A model generated the notes under the pieces. That model worked only from the letters and a program-made list of their open reading frames with translations, had not been told where the DNA came from and ran no database searches. Positions 20,949-30,208 of a stretch of 64,000 nt of DNA are shown piece after piece. Every line of letters begins with the position of its first letter. Position 1 is the first letter of the stretch. This DNA is from Nitrososphaeria archaeon (GTDB lineage: Archaea > Thermoproteota > Nitrososphaeria > JACIWG01), in the NCBI GenBank assembly GCA_963752255.1, contig CAVVXT010000019.1, positions 512,001-576,000 on the forward strand. Direction: 5' to 3'. The position numbers were made by a program, and so were the translations under genes.

Positions 20949-21128
20949 TATTTAAGATATTTTCATCCCATCCCCGTGCATAAAAGCTAGAAATCATTTG
21001 AATCGAATAGACATCTACTATGAAGAATCTCAAAGGATAAAGAATCTTATTAGAGCTATGCTGGTTTGTTTCAGATTGTATACAACCAACCTCTGAGCGA
21101 TTATACGACTTTTACTGAAGTGTATGAT

Positions 21129-21653
21129 TTAACTGGAAATTCGACCTTGGACGAGAAGGTAGAACCCAAGAGCTATAAATGAATCATTGTATGGACCCTG
21201 CAGTATTACTCCCGCCTTCGGGTTGCTGTGGTTCGTGAAAACTACATCTGAGCCTCCTGTAGGACAATATTCTACACCTATCTGTTCTGAAGTTCCATCA
21301 GGAAAGCTGACCGTGATGTTATATATTGTACACCCTGAACTTGTAAAGTTGAGTGATACACTATAGAAAGTTACATTCCAGAACATAACAGATGTCCCAA
21401 CAGGCAAGTCTGACAGCCTCTTGTACTGAAAGTAGCCTATGCCAGAAAAATAAATGCTACCTACATCATGAACAGTCGGAACCGAAGCAGTAACGGTGAT
21501 ATTTTCCAAAAGAGAATTAGTAAACAAAGTAGTTGAACCTGAACTCTTTAACTGCTGAATTTGAAAAAAATCGTAGATAGACAGAGAACCAAAGACGAGA
21601 GTGAGCACTACAAATGTTGCTAATAATATATTTCTTGTCTTCGAAGATGACAT
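21129..21653 (-). CDS. Membrane-anchored extracellular protein, paralogue of 21656-22234
   Basis: N-terminal TM; shared motifs YKR.SD...GTSVMF.NVTFYS, GC, FPDGT, SNPKAGVI. Confidence 0.75.
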   Translation of the reverse strand: MSSSKTRNILLATFVVLTLVFGSLSIYDFFQIQQLKSSGSTTLFTNSLLENITVTASVPTVHDVGSIYFSGIGYFQYKRLSDLPVGTSVMFWNVTFYSVSLNFTSSGCTIYNITVSFPDGTSEQIGVEYCPTGGSDVVFTNHSNPKAGVILQGPYNDSFIALGFYLLVQGRISS

Positions 21654-21655
21654 TA

Positions 21656-22234
21656 TTAGCTCCCCCCGCTGACCATAAGGTAGATTCCTTTTGAGATAGG
21701 ATGCGATAATGCCTTGTCATCTAATTGATACTCGCCTGGAGAAAATATTACCCCCGCCTTCGGGTTGCTGTACGTCGTGAAAGCTATAGAAGGATAAAAG
21801 GAAACACAAGTCCCAACATTAACCCTCTCAAAAGTTCCGTCTGGAAAAGTGACTCTGACGTAGTAGACTTCGCAGCCCGTAAGTGAAGTGTTGAGCGGCA
21901 TGCTGTAGAATGTGACGTTTCTAAACATGACTGAAGTCCCAGCTCCAAAGTCTGAAACCCTTTTGTACGCAAAAACTCCTTCGTACGGTCCATATCCAAA
22001 ACCAATTAGACCCTCATCCGGCACATTTGGCACCGTAGCAGTGACAGTTATAGTAGAGGTGGTGAATAGAGTTTCTGTGGTTTTGGTAATGGTAGAAGTG
22101 GTAGACGAGGTGTTTGAGCTTGTACTCCCCACCTGCTGAACTTGGAAGAACTCATAAGCGGATAGGGAACCGAATATTATCGTTAACACTACAAATGTCA
22201 CCAACAACACGTTCCTTGCCTTTATAGATGACAT
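21656..22234 (-). CDS. Membrane-anchored extracellular protein with Thr/Ser linker, paralogue of 21129-21653
   Basis: N-terminal TM, S/T-rich stalk, same Cys-pair domain. Confidence 0.75.
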   Translation of the reverse strand: MSSIKARNVLLVTFVVLTIIFGSLSAYEFFQVQQVGSTSSNTSSTTSTITKTTETLFTTSTITVTATVPNVPDEGLIGFGYGPYEGVFAYKRVSDFGAGTSVMFRNVTFYSMPLNTSLTGCEVYYVRVTFPDGTFERVNVGTCVSFYPSIAFTTYSNPKAGVIFSPGEYQLDDKALSHPISKGIYLMVSGGS

Positions 22235-22238
22235 TATC

Positions 22239-22661
22239 TTACACCTTCTTCAACGCTCTAATCACTTCATACAGGGATGTTACAACCCCCACCAAGCACA
22301 CCACCAAAGCGAAACCATACGTGGACGTTATCTGAGACGGCCTCAGATAGGTCAACAGAATCAGGAATGCTACAGCGAAGAACGCCATGTACGCCGTCTG
22401 GAAGGGTATGAGCATCCTCCTCACCCTGACCATGTTCTCGAAAACAACCTTATCCACCACGTAGCCCTTGTCCTGCTCCCTGATGAGCCCGGCCTCGAGA
22501 AGCTTGCTGACGTGATATGATGCAACGGACGAAGAGCTGAAGCCAAGACCCTCCTGCACGCCACTAATCCCAACAGGCCTTCCCTCCTTAAATATGAAAC
22601 GGTAAACTCTAAGAGTTGTACCCCTCAAAAGTTTTGCTTCATCCTCTTCCTTCGCACCCAA
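22239..22661 (-). CDS. Winged-helix regulator with two C-terminal TM helices
   Basis: LRGTTLRVY...SSSSVASYHVSKLLEAGLI wHTH followed by two hydrophobic helices. Confidence 0.82.
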   Translation of the reverse strand: MGAKEEDEAKLLRGTTLRVYRFIFKEGRPVGISGVQEGLGFSSSSVASYHVSKLLEAGLIREQDKGYVVDKVVFENMVRVRRMLIPFQTAYMAFFAVAFLILLTYLRPSQITSTYGFALVVCLVGVVTSLYEVIRALKKV

Positions 22662-22708
22662 CGGTCTTCAATTTAGCGATAAACGATAACGTATTAAGCC
22701 TTACTAAA

Positions 22709-22743
22709 TTCTAAAATTAGAAGAACACTTTCTAAAATTAGAA
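22709..22743. promoter_or_regulatory. Two identical TTCTAA-AA-TTAGAA palindromes (putative operators)
   Basis: Copies at 22709-22722 and 22730-22743 between divergent genes. Confidence 0.7.
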
Positions 22744-22791
22744 AACAGCGCTTTCCAGTCTTTCTATTAATAGCGCTATATCCAGGTTCAT

Positions 22792-23514
22792 GTGTACTGG
22801 CTGATGAGCACAATGTCAGAGTATAAGAGGCAGATAGTTGTAGGAGTTTTCGTAGCTGCTGTAATAGCGTTGGTTCTGGCAGGTGGAGCAATCTACCTTC
22901 TTCCAATGCAGCCAACGCAGACGACTACCACAACATTTCCCACTTCTACAACTACAGCTACAGCTACGGCTTCTATGACCAGTACAGCTACAAGCACAGC
23001 TACAGCAACTACTACACAGTCAACTTCATCTGGTACGACGTCTACTACATCTATTACAACTATTGGTACGACTACACCTATTACAATAACTACAACAGCT
23101 ACTACAAGTGGTTCTACGACTATGACGACCGGACCTACTGTAACTGTTACTGTGACAGAAATAGTCGGTACTGCAACTGTGACCGTAACAACAACTCAAA
23201 CACAAGGTTTGACGACAACTGTGACAACAACCACTACAGTAACAAGTATAGGAAGACTTGAAATAACAAACGCTTACGCCAATAGTCCATCTCAAGTGGT
23301 TGTAAGCGTCAAAAACAGCGGTAGCACAGACCAGACCATTACAGACATACTCATAAACGGAAAACCCCTGTCAAGCGTGAACGGCGGCACTTCAAACCCA
23401 AGCCTACCTATCAAAGTGGCAGCGGGAACATCTCAAACCATCAATCTAAACTTTAGTTCTCCACTATCATCAAACACAATATATTTTGTAGCAATTCAAA
23501 CCAGCTCAAGCTGA
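22792..23514 (+). CDS. Thr-rich surface protein with C-terminal Ig/pilin-like beta domain
   Basis: N-terminal TM, ~110 aa Thr-rich stalk, VKNSGSTDQTITDILING motif. Confidence 0.72.
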   Translation: MYWLMSTMSEYKRQIVVGVFVAAVIALVLAGGAIYLLPMQPTQTTTTTFPTSTTTATATASMTSTATSTATATTTQSTSSGTTSTTSITTIGTTTPITITTTATTSGSTTMTTGPTVTVTVTEIVGTATVTVTTTQTQGLTTTVTTTTTVTSIGRLEITNAYANSPSQVVVSVKNSGSTDQTITDILINGKPLSSVNGGTSNPSLPIKVAAGTSQTINLNFSSPLSSNTIYFVAIQTSSS

Positions 23515-23531
23515 TCTAAAGGTGTAGTGAT

Positions 23532-24242
23532 ATGATCAAACAATCGGTAGATAAATCCTCCTATAAGATAGCTTTTGTCGCCCTTATAGTTACGGCTGTA
23601 GTTGTTGGAAGTATCATCTACTCTAACCCAACATTATTCAGAAGCTCAACAAGCCCTCCAAATACAAATACAACCACAGCACAGTTCCATTCAAATACAA
23701 CTACTACCGCAGCACAGTTCTCTCGAACAATTTCTCTCACGACACCGTTCACGACATCGTTCCCATTTAACAACAACTTCTCCGAACAAGCTGGTGGTGT
23801 CTTGGTTTCGGTGTGGGTCGAAGAGCAGGGTATTTTACTTAATCTAACCTACACTCCGTCATTTAAGGTTGGCGGCATCTTCAAATATTTCGCTTCAATG
23901 ACAAATGTCAACAACTCGTCACATCTTTCACTGCTTGAATACTATGGCATGTTTAACATGACAATTTACAACGAAAAAGGTAACGCTGTATGGTGGGAGT
24001 GGTCTCCTTACGCTACAGGCCCCACAGGTCCTCCACCACCGAACTTCATCAAAGGTTATAGCTGGGCCCTCAGTGGTACGTGGGATACGGGCGAAAACCT
24101 GCCAAACCAACTAGGCCCAGGGAGCCCCCCTGCTAAACAAACCCCTGGTAATTATACCATCATTGTTGAAGGTGTTTACTACAACATCGACCTTAACGAG
24201 ATTGAACAGGTAGAGCTACAGGCTCCTCTAATAATTGCTTAG
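23532..24242 (+). CDS. Membrane-anchored beta-sandwich surface protein
   Basis: N-terminal TM, NTTT(T)AQF repeated twice, W..W..PGNY pattern. Confidence 0.65.
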   Translation: MIKQSVDKSSYKIAFVALIVTAVVVGSIIYSNPTLFRSSTSPPNTNTTTAQFHSNTTTTAAQFSRTISLTTPFTTSFPFNNNFSEQAGGVLVSVWVEEQGILLNLTYTPSFKVGGIFKYFASMTNVNNSSHLSLLEYYGMFNMTIYNEKGNAVWWEWSPYATGPTGPPPPNFIKGYSWALSGTWDTGENLPNQLGPGSPPAKQTPGNYTIIVEGVYYNIDLNEIEQVELQAPLIIA

Positions 24243-26086
24243 TGTGGTGTAGTGGTGATGCTGTGAGCTCAGCAGGTTTGAAGGCCAAGAATGTTGTAGG
24301 CTCTTACACTACAATAATCCTCACTGTAATAATAACTCTAGTAGTTTTAGTGATGGCCACCTTGTTAGTTTTGCCAAACATTGCAGGTACCACTCCAACA
24401 GCTACTTCAACGACAACTTCAACTTCTCCACCCACCACTACTTCGACAACTACTACAACTTCGCCACCTACCGAGTTCATCGGTCCAACGCTGACCAACG
24501 AAACCTCAGGGCTGAAACTGGAGGTTACACTTTCAAGTACCTCTGTGAATCCTAACGGTTACCTCGGGGTACGCTTCAATCTGACAGGGGCACAGGAAGT
24601 CAACGCCTCGTACGTGGAGTTGGACGTTTTTAATTCTCAAAACCAGCAGGTCAAAGGGTTAGCATATCGACTCGGGCACACGACTCAAACGCCTCAGCCT
24701 GGTCCTCAAGGACAGATGGGTACTCTCTACTGGCAAGCAAGTACAGATTCATATTTTAAAGTGGACGTTACGCCTGGAACATACACATTGATAATCGGAG
24801 TTACGTACGAAAACCTGACAATAAAGACGTCAATAAACGTGCTCGGCGGCACCACTTCGACAGTTTCCACAAGTCCGTCCAGCAGTTCAACAACAAATCG
24901 TTCCCTATCAGATTATGTCTGTGTTCGTGTCATTTCAGACTATGATGGAATACCGATTGAAGGGGTGGAGTTTCACTGCTCGCCTGCGACCGTCCAAAAC
25001 GGAACCACCACAGTGACTACAATACTTCTGGACGTGAAGACAAATTCCAGTGGATGGGTATGTGTCCACTGGACACATTCAGACGTTATGACACTTGAAA
25101 CCGAATATCAAGGGAAAGCGTATAATTTTAGTATTCCTATGTTCCTTGGAGATAACTATGCACTTTTCAGTGTCCCCTCAGGCAATGTTACAAAAACAAC
25201 ACGAACAACGACTGTGACTGGATGGGAAGACGCAGTAAGACTGATAATTTCAGAATCGGAAAACGTAGAAGTCAAACAATATACGATGAAAAAAGGAATA
25301 ACATTCAATCGAGGGGATGCGGCCTTCAGCCAAATACTTCACCTTCTAAACAACACAAAGGTCGTTCGCGAAACGCTTAAGACCAAGATAGTTAACAACA
25401 ACACAGTTTCAGTCACAATCCCATACGTATATGATTGGTTTCTCACCTTCAGGCTCAGGGACTCGACACTTATCAAACTCGACCTAGTTCAACTAAGTGA
25501 ATCTGAAGCCACGATCTGGTTTGAGACTGAAACAACAATCTATGAGGTTTCAGTAAGCCACGACCTGATGCCAGAATGGAATGCGATCATAGCAAGCGTC
25601 ACCTCGACAAACACCAAGACGAGCGTGCCTACCACGACCTGTATCATAGAAATAGATCCTATCCCGATCCCCAACTTGCGGAGTCTGAAGGGCAACTCCT
25701 CCGAGGTAGTTGTGGGAACAGTTGTAGAGAAGACGGATCTCAAGTTTTCGAATGGCGATCTGTCAACGGTCTTTAAGGTCTATGTAAACCAGACCGTCAA
25801 AGGAGATTTTAAAGAGGGTTCAATTATACTGGTTGGACAAACTGGCACCGAATTGTGCCCAGCCCGTCAAGATCCTCTGATGGAGGCAGGTGATCAGGTG
25901 GTCCTCTTTCTGGCAGAGTATCCTAACTCGACCATAAGGAGCATATTCGCCGCTCAACAAGGGAGATTTATAATTCAAGACAGTAAAGTAAGTTCTTTGA
26001 ACTTCATCTATCCAGATTCTTGGACCTTTATACAGGTGCATGATATTCAACTGGATACTTTTCTAGACATGATCAAAGGCGCATAA
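24242..26086 (+). CDS. Multidomain Thr-rich surface protein
   Basis: N-terminal TM, several T/S linkers separating globular domains; many N-x-S/T sequons. Confidence 0.7.
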   Translation: MWCSGDAVSSAGLKAKNVVGSYTTIILTVIITLVVLVMATLLVLPNIAGTTPTATSTTTSTSPPTTTSTTTTTSPPTEFIGPTLTNETSGLKLEVTLSSTSVNPNGYLGVRFNLTGAQEVNASYVELDVFNSQNQQVKGLAYRLGHTTQTPQPGPQGQMGTLYWQASTDSYFKVDVTPGTYTLIIGVTYENLTIKTSINVLGGTTSTVSTSPSSSSTTNRSLSDYVCVRVISDYDGIPIEGVEFHCSPATVQNGTTTVTTILLDVKTNSSGWVCVHWTHSDVMTLETEYQGKAYNFSIPMFLGDNYALFSVPSGNVTKTTRTTTVTGWEDAVRLIISESENVEVKQYTMKKGITFNRGDAAFSQILHLLNNTKVVRETLKTKIVNNNTVSVTIPYVYDWFLTFRLRDSTLIKLDLVQLSESEATIWFETETTIYEVSVSHDLMPEWNAIIASVTSTNTKTSVPTTTCIIEIDPIPIPNLRSLKGNSSEVVVGTVVEKTDLKFSNGDLSTVFKVYVNQTVKGDFKEGSIILVGQTGTELCPARQDPLMEAGDQVVLFLAEYPNSTIRSIFAAQQGRFIIQDSKVSSLNFIYPDSWTFIQVHDIQLDTFLDMIKGA

Positions 26087-26268
26087 ATCTTTATTGATTT
26101 GATTTCGCCTAAACCAAGCGTCACAACGATCAGAAACTTGATTTTGCGACTTTGTTCATTTTTGCGGCTTATAGTTGTAGGAAAACTTGGTAAGTTAGGT
26201 TCTTTGGGGAGCCAGCCACGAATTCGATTTTCAAGGTATTTCTTAGGATTCATGTAATTGAAGCCCAA
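26047..26268 (-). pseudogene. Truncated membrane-protein fragment with LENRIRGWLPKEP N-terminal motif
   Basis: Motif recalled from archaeal membrane proteins; ORF short and overlaps the convergent gene end. Confidence 0.4.
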
Positions 26269-26319
26269 TTATTTACGATAATAATATGCAACAAAGTTTA
26301 CGTTGAAAGGATGTCTGAT

Positions 26320-26526
26320 TCAATCAGAACCCCAATCCGATTTCCAGATTTTTCGTACCACCGCGAACCAGAAAAGGAATACAATTCCTAAAACTGCAAC
26401 CATTACCCACCATGGTGTTCCAATGTATACATAGGATGCACCAGCCCAAATACTGAGAGCTATAAAGAGGATTGAAAGAACAGTTATTACAACAATCTTG
26501 GTAATATTTTTACTTTGATTTTCCAT
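26320..26526 (-). CDS. Small two-TM protein
   Basis: 68 aa, two hydrophobic helices. Confidence 0.55.
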   Translation of the reverse strand: MENQSKNITKIVVITVLSILFIALSIWAGASYVYIGTPWWVMVAVLGIVFLFWFAVVRKIWKSDWGSD

Positions 26527-26631
26527 CTATATCATCTATCCATCAATACTAACAGTTACCTAAAAAGGACTATTTTATTCCATCTTATGTTTAACATGGT
26601 TAGTTGAACCTAAAACAGAAGTCTAAATAAA

Positions 26632-26851
26632 ATGTCGTTGTCCCTCGCATGTTTCCACATTTGTTTCACGTACGTCCTTTCCTGGCTTGAGAGCGAATCT
26701 GTTGCTGCAGTTTCTGTCCAGGTGCTCACTTACTCCATGAGAATAATCTAAGGTTGGGAGCGTCAGTATTACCTGTATGCCCCTGCCTAGCTGCTAATAT
26801 CATGTCTGCAAAACTCCACATTACTTCATCGCCCATTCCGGCTAGAGGTGC
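26632..26851 (-). pseudogene. Inverted, diverged copy of the 3' end of the ATPase gene (17142-17360)
   Basis: Shared blocks GAGTTTTGCAGACATGAT, TATTCTCATG, CAGATTCGCTCTCAAGCCAGGAAAGGACG, AGGGACA. Confidence 0.85.
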
Positions 26852-27186
26852 TCGTGCGTTGATGAGAGATGTAGTTCCCTCCCACAATGCATATGTAACG
26901 TGGCGTTTGCTCGGCGATAGACAATCTGACAGTCTCGTTGACTTACTATTCCTTCCGACTTGGGAATGTGCTTTACAACGGCTACTATCAATTCCGTGAG
27001 GGGAATTAGCCGCTCTCTCAACTTCCTTTCCAACTCAAGCTCAACTTTAAGGATATCATAATCCTTTCCAGTAGCAACAGATATTCGAAACTCCAAACGA
27101 TTCCAACCACTCGTCTCGAACTGTTGACTTCTGGTCAAGGATAGAGGAATTAAATAGCTTCGAACCGTAGAGCACCCTGAGAGGCA

Positions 27187-27687
27187 ATGTCCAGCTCAGC
27201 CGAGCTCTTTGAGAAGATCGCCCATCCTACGCGAATCAGGGTTCTGGAAGTTCTCGAGTCCACTCCCCTGAGCTTTGGAAAGCTGAAGAATGAGCTGGGA
27301 ATCTCCAGCAGCGGCAACTTGGACTACCACCTGAAGAAACTGGAAGGGTTGATTGTCCTCGATCCTGAAGGGAACTATCGGCTTTCCGATGAAGGGAAGG
27401 AAGCCTTGGTGGCGGTCCGAATCATAGAGTCAAGTGCAGCTGCTAGAGACCAAGCGGGTCAGAGGAAGACTGGGGTCGCCGACTCCATCTCCAACGTGTT
27501 CATCCTGATCTGGATGATATCTGCCTTCATTTCTTTCGGAGTGGTTTCATACCTTGCGCTTGGCCAGCCTCTTGGCTACTCCATAGGGCAGGGGTCTTTC
27601 ATTTCGTTGTTCATGGGAGCGTCCATGCTACTCATTAGGTGGATCGCCAGGAGGATGTCATCGCGGCGCAACGTTGGCAATCCTTGA
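27187..27687 (+). CDS. ArsR-type wHTH regulator with two C-terminal TM helices
   Basis: HPTRIRVL...FGKLKNELGISSSGNLDYHLKKL followed by hydrophobic helices. Confidence 0.82.
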   Translation: MSSSAELFEKIAHPTRIRVLEVLESTPLSFGKLKNELGISSSGNLDYHLKKLEGLIVLDPEGNYRLSDEGKEALVAVRIIESSAAARDQAGQRKTGVADSISNVFILIWMISAFISFGVVSYLALGQPLGYSIGQGSFISLFMGASMLLIRWIARRMSSRRNVGNP

Positions 27688-27863
27688 GTTAACCTTCCGC
27701 ATCCCTCCATCGTCCCACTTTTTCCTGCATCGCAGTAGAGGATGCTCCATGTTCTGCACAGATGAACTCAGCTGACGCCCTGGTATTGTCCCAGATGAAG
27801 GAATAGTTCCCATCTAACTCGCTCCCCGAGTGCTGTCTGATAATCTACTGGTAGATTAATGCG

Positions 27864-27881
27864 CGAATCCCACCCCCCGCA
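27864..27881 (+). repeat. tRNA-Leu-like 3' end fragment (relic att site)
   Basis: CGAATCCCACCCCCCGCA = part of T loop, T stem, acceptor strand and discriminator; preceded by palindrome TAATCTAC-TG-GTAGATTA. Confidence 0.6.
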
Positions 27882-27943
27882 CTAATAGACCGAACATGCG
27901 ATCTCATCTTCAAATAAAACTTTTAGGAAGCCACCGTCCGGCA

Positions 27944-28294
27944 TCAGATCACTGCAACAATCTCGTTGTAGAGTTTAACAAGGATCCTTCCCGTCGCCTC
28001 GAACAGCCGCCACTTATGCTTCCTCGCCTCAACTACTTGGCTTCTGTGTTCGGCGTTAACTCTCCCCCTTATAGCTAGAGCGTTGAAGGCCACATTCTTT
28101 GGCAGTAGACGGCCTTTGTACCAGACTAGTCCAGTTTCTCCGAATGTGTCATGGGACGATTGAGCGAACCGCCTCTCCTGCTCTCTCTTAGCAGGGCTCT
28201 TCAATGCAGGGTTCTTGTAGTCTTTGCGCTGCCTTCTAAAGTAGGTTTTACCGTTCTTTTTCTTAACAAGTATAAGGTCGTCGCTTACCTTCAT
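27944..28294 (-). CDS. Basic hypothetical protein (mobile-element type)
   Basis: K/R-rich N-terminus GKTYFRR...NP...SPAKREQERRF; last gene of a tightly packed operon. Confidence 0.55.
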   Translation of the reverse strand: MKVSDDLILVKKKNGKTYFRRQRKDYKNPALKSPAKREQERRFAQSSHDTFGETGLVWYKGRLLPKNVAFNALAIRGRVNAEHRSQVVEARKHKWRLFEATGRILVKLYNEIVAVI

Positions 28295-28331
28295 TTAAGG
28301 TCGCCTTCCCAGAAACAAACCTCTTTCCACA

Positions 28332-28514
28332 CTACTTGGCGCATTCCATTTTGACCAGCTTCAGCCAGACATCCATCTTAGCCAAAAACTCCTCCACGTT
28401 TAGCATATCCTTCTCGGTTAATATCAGCTCCCTCAATTTAGAATCTTTCGGTAGGCCTTCTACAGCAAAGACCTTTAACCTCGCTATGTCAACAGTTTTA
28501 GCCATTACGTTCAC
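28332..28514 (-). CDS. Small hypothetical protein of archaeal integrated elements
   Basis: LKVFA..LP..SKLRELIL.E.D...EEFLAK...WL pattern; coupled to neighbours. Confidence 0.6.
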   Translation of the reverse strand: MNVMAKTVDIARLKVFAVEGLPKDSKLRELILTEKDMLNVEEFLAKMDVWLKLVKMECAK

Positions 28515-28692
28515 CTAGTTCCTTCGATAACTGTGTTGTCAATAGGTCGACAACCTCTTTTAGCAGATTTTGGCTGGGTTCTTCTGCCAGAAACACGCTT
28601 TTGCTGAACACCGGCTTATGCTTAACCCCCTTTGTTAGGGGGTTCCAATAATATTTTATTATGCGGATCAAATAATGTGGCATCGGTTGCAT
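28498..28692 (-). CDS. Small hypothetical protein
   Basis: 64 aa ORF in the compact operon. Confidence 0.5.
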   Translation of the reverse strand: MQPMPHYLIRIIKYYWNPLTKGVKHKPVFSKSVFLAEEPSQNLLKEVVDLLTTQLSKELGERNG

Positions 28693-28698
28693 CCCCTT

Positions 28699-28866
28699 TT
28701 ACCTTTGTATAGCCTTCCTAACCTTCTGTGAATAGATTTCTAATTCAAGGCGGCACGATACTATATCCCTCCCAAGTGTTTTTATCTTATCTAACAGCTT
28801 TGCCAAAATTTCTTCTTCATTTCTAGGATATATAGTATCGCCTTTTGTCAATTTTATCAAAGACAT
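28699..28866 (-). CDS. 55-aa hypothetical protein (MSLIKLTKGDTIYPRNEEEIL...), missed by the ORF track
   Basis: Manual translation; first gene of the operon divergent from 28978. Confidence 0.55.
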   Translation of the reverse strand: MSLIKLTKGDTIYPRNEEEILAKLLDKIKTLGRDIVSCRLELEIYSQKVRKAIQR

Positions 28867-28977
28867 TCTAAAAAATGTATGTATATAAACCTTTGTCGTT
28901 TCATTTTTGTCGCTTATGTTTTTAAAGAGAAATATTTAATAATAAATTCTTAATATACGTCATCTGGTTGCGACAAA

Positions 28978-29919
28978 ATGATATGGGAACAAGCTCTAAA
29001 ATTGATCGTATCAAACGTTAGAACGCGCGGGGAAATGGAGCACGACGAGCTAGTAGATGTTCTTATGAAGGAAATCAAGGGAAAAAAGGGCCTTAAAAGA
29101 ACTGTTGAGAGATGCCTAAAAACCCTTGTCGAAGCAGGGATTCTAGTAAAGGAGGAAAGAGGTGTCTACAAATGGTTCGAATCGGTTGAAATGTTCGCTA
29201 CGGCTGAGAAGTATGAAGCTGCGTTGGAGCACAGCAAGAACCTGGTGGCAGGCTTCATATCACTATCTCACAATTATGGGGGAACACTTGAAGAATACGT
29301 TCCACCCAGCATTTTAAGAGAGTATGTTGGGGAGGATAAGCATGACATAATATCGTCTAATCTACGGTTCAGCTCCGGCTACATGATGCAGACCAAACCG
29401 TATGCGATATCTCATCTGCAAGCCTATCTTATGGAAAAGAAGAAGGTGGATGAAGCCGTGTCACTTATGGCCGAAAGAGCGGGGAAGGAGAAACTCTTAA
29501 AAGAAGAAGCCAAGCGTATGATAAGAGAAAGATTTGATGAAGGAAAAGTTCCAGAAGATTTACTTGAGAATCCAGTGATACTGGTTTCTGTTGAGATTGA
29601 GGGAAAGCTCAGGGGATATAAGTCTGAAGAGCTTGATAAGCAAATCGACACTTCAAGTTCTGACTATGACTACTTACTTGGTAGGGGGATCTCCGCCAAG
29701 GGGTACGGAGAAGAGGTCCGGAGTTTCTTGAAAGAGCTGAGAAATGATGAAAAATTGAGGACGACGTGTGATGAAAAGATTGTTGCAGAGTCAAAGTATT
29801 ATGACGCAAAAAAGTTAGCTGATGAAGTGTTGTCAAAGGTCGTATTGAAGATAGCTTCAGGCGAGCCTTTAAAGGGCAAGTGCGAGATCTGCTTGGGACT
29901 AACGACATTAATGAAGTAA
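28978..29919 (+). CDS. N-terminal wHTH protein with C-terminal PLKGKCEIC motif (putative element repressor)
   Basis: KRTVERCLKTLVEAGILVKEERGVYKW wing motif; divergent from small-gene operon. Confidence 0.6.
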   Translation: MIWEQALKLIVSNVRTRGEMEHDELVDVLMKEIKGKKGLKRTVERCLKTLVEAGILVKEERGVYKWFESVEMFATAEKYEAALEHSKNLVAGFISLSHNYGGTLEEYVPPSILREYVGEDKHDIISSNLRFSSGYMMQTKPYAISHLQAYLMEKKKVDEAVSLMAERAGKEKLLKEEAKRMIRERFDEGKVPEDLLENPVILVSVEIEGKLRGYKSEELDKQIDTSSSDYDYLLGRGISAKGYGEEVRSFLKELRNDEKLRTTCDEKIVAESKYYDAKKLADEVLSKVVLKIASGEPLKGKCEICLGLTTLMK

Positions 29920-30208
29920 GCTAACTCCGAAATCTTGGGCTTTGTGAAATCATAACCATGTAAATGGAAAATTCGATCTAAATTATACACTGATTAAAAG
30001 ATAATGGAAACCCCTAAGAGTTATCAGAACCGATATAATGATTAAAGAAATGGGAATAGTTACTATAATCGCAGCAATAATCAGCATTTGGAGGAGTATA
30101 TTACAGTAAGGAATTGAAGGTATTCCACGACATGAAAAGTCAATCAACAACTTTACAGCACTTTAGCTCATATCATATTTATAAGAGAATTATTGATTAG
30201 GATGAATA

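Noticed and set aside
21129-22234. Diversity-generating retroelement TR/VR pair
   Set aside because: Both copies are full genes diverged at all base types and no reverse transcriptase is present; ordinary tandem paralogues.
22915-23250. Repetitive ACN-rich DNA as a CRISPR array or satellite
   Set aside because: It is Thr-codon low complexity within a coding stalk; no repeat-spacer structure was seen anywhere in the window.
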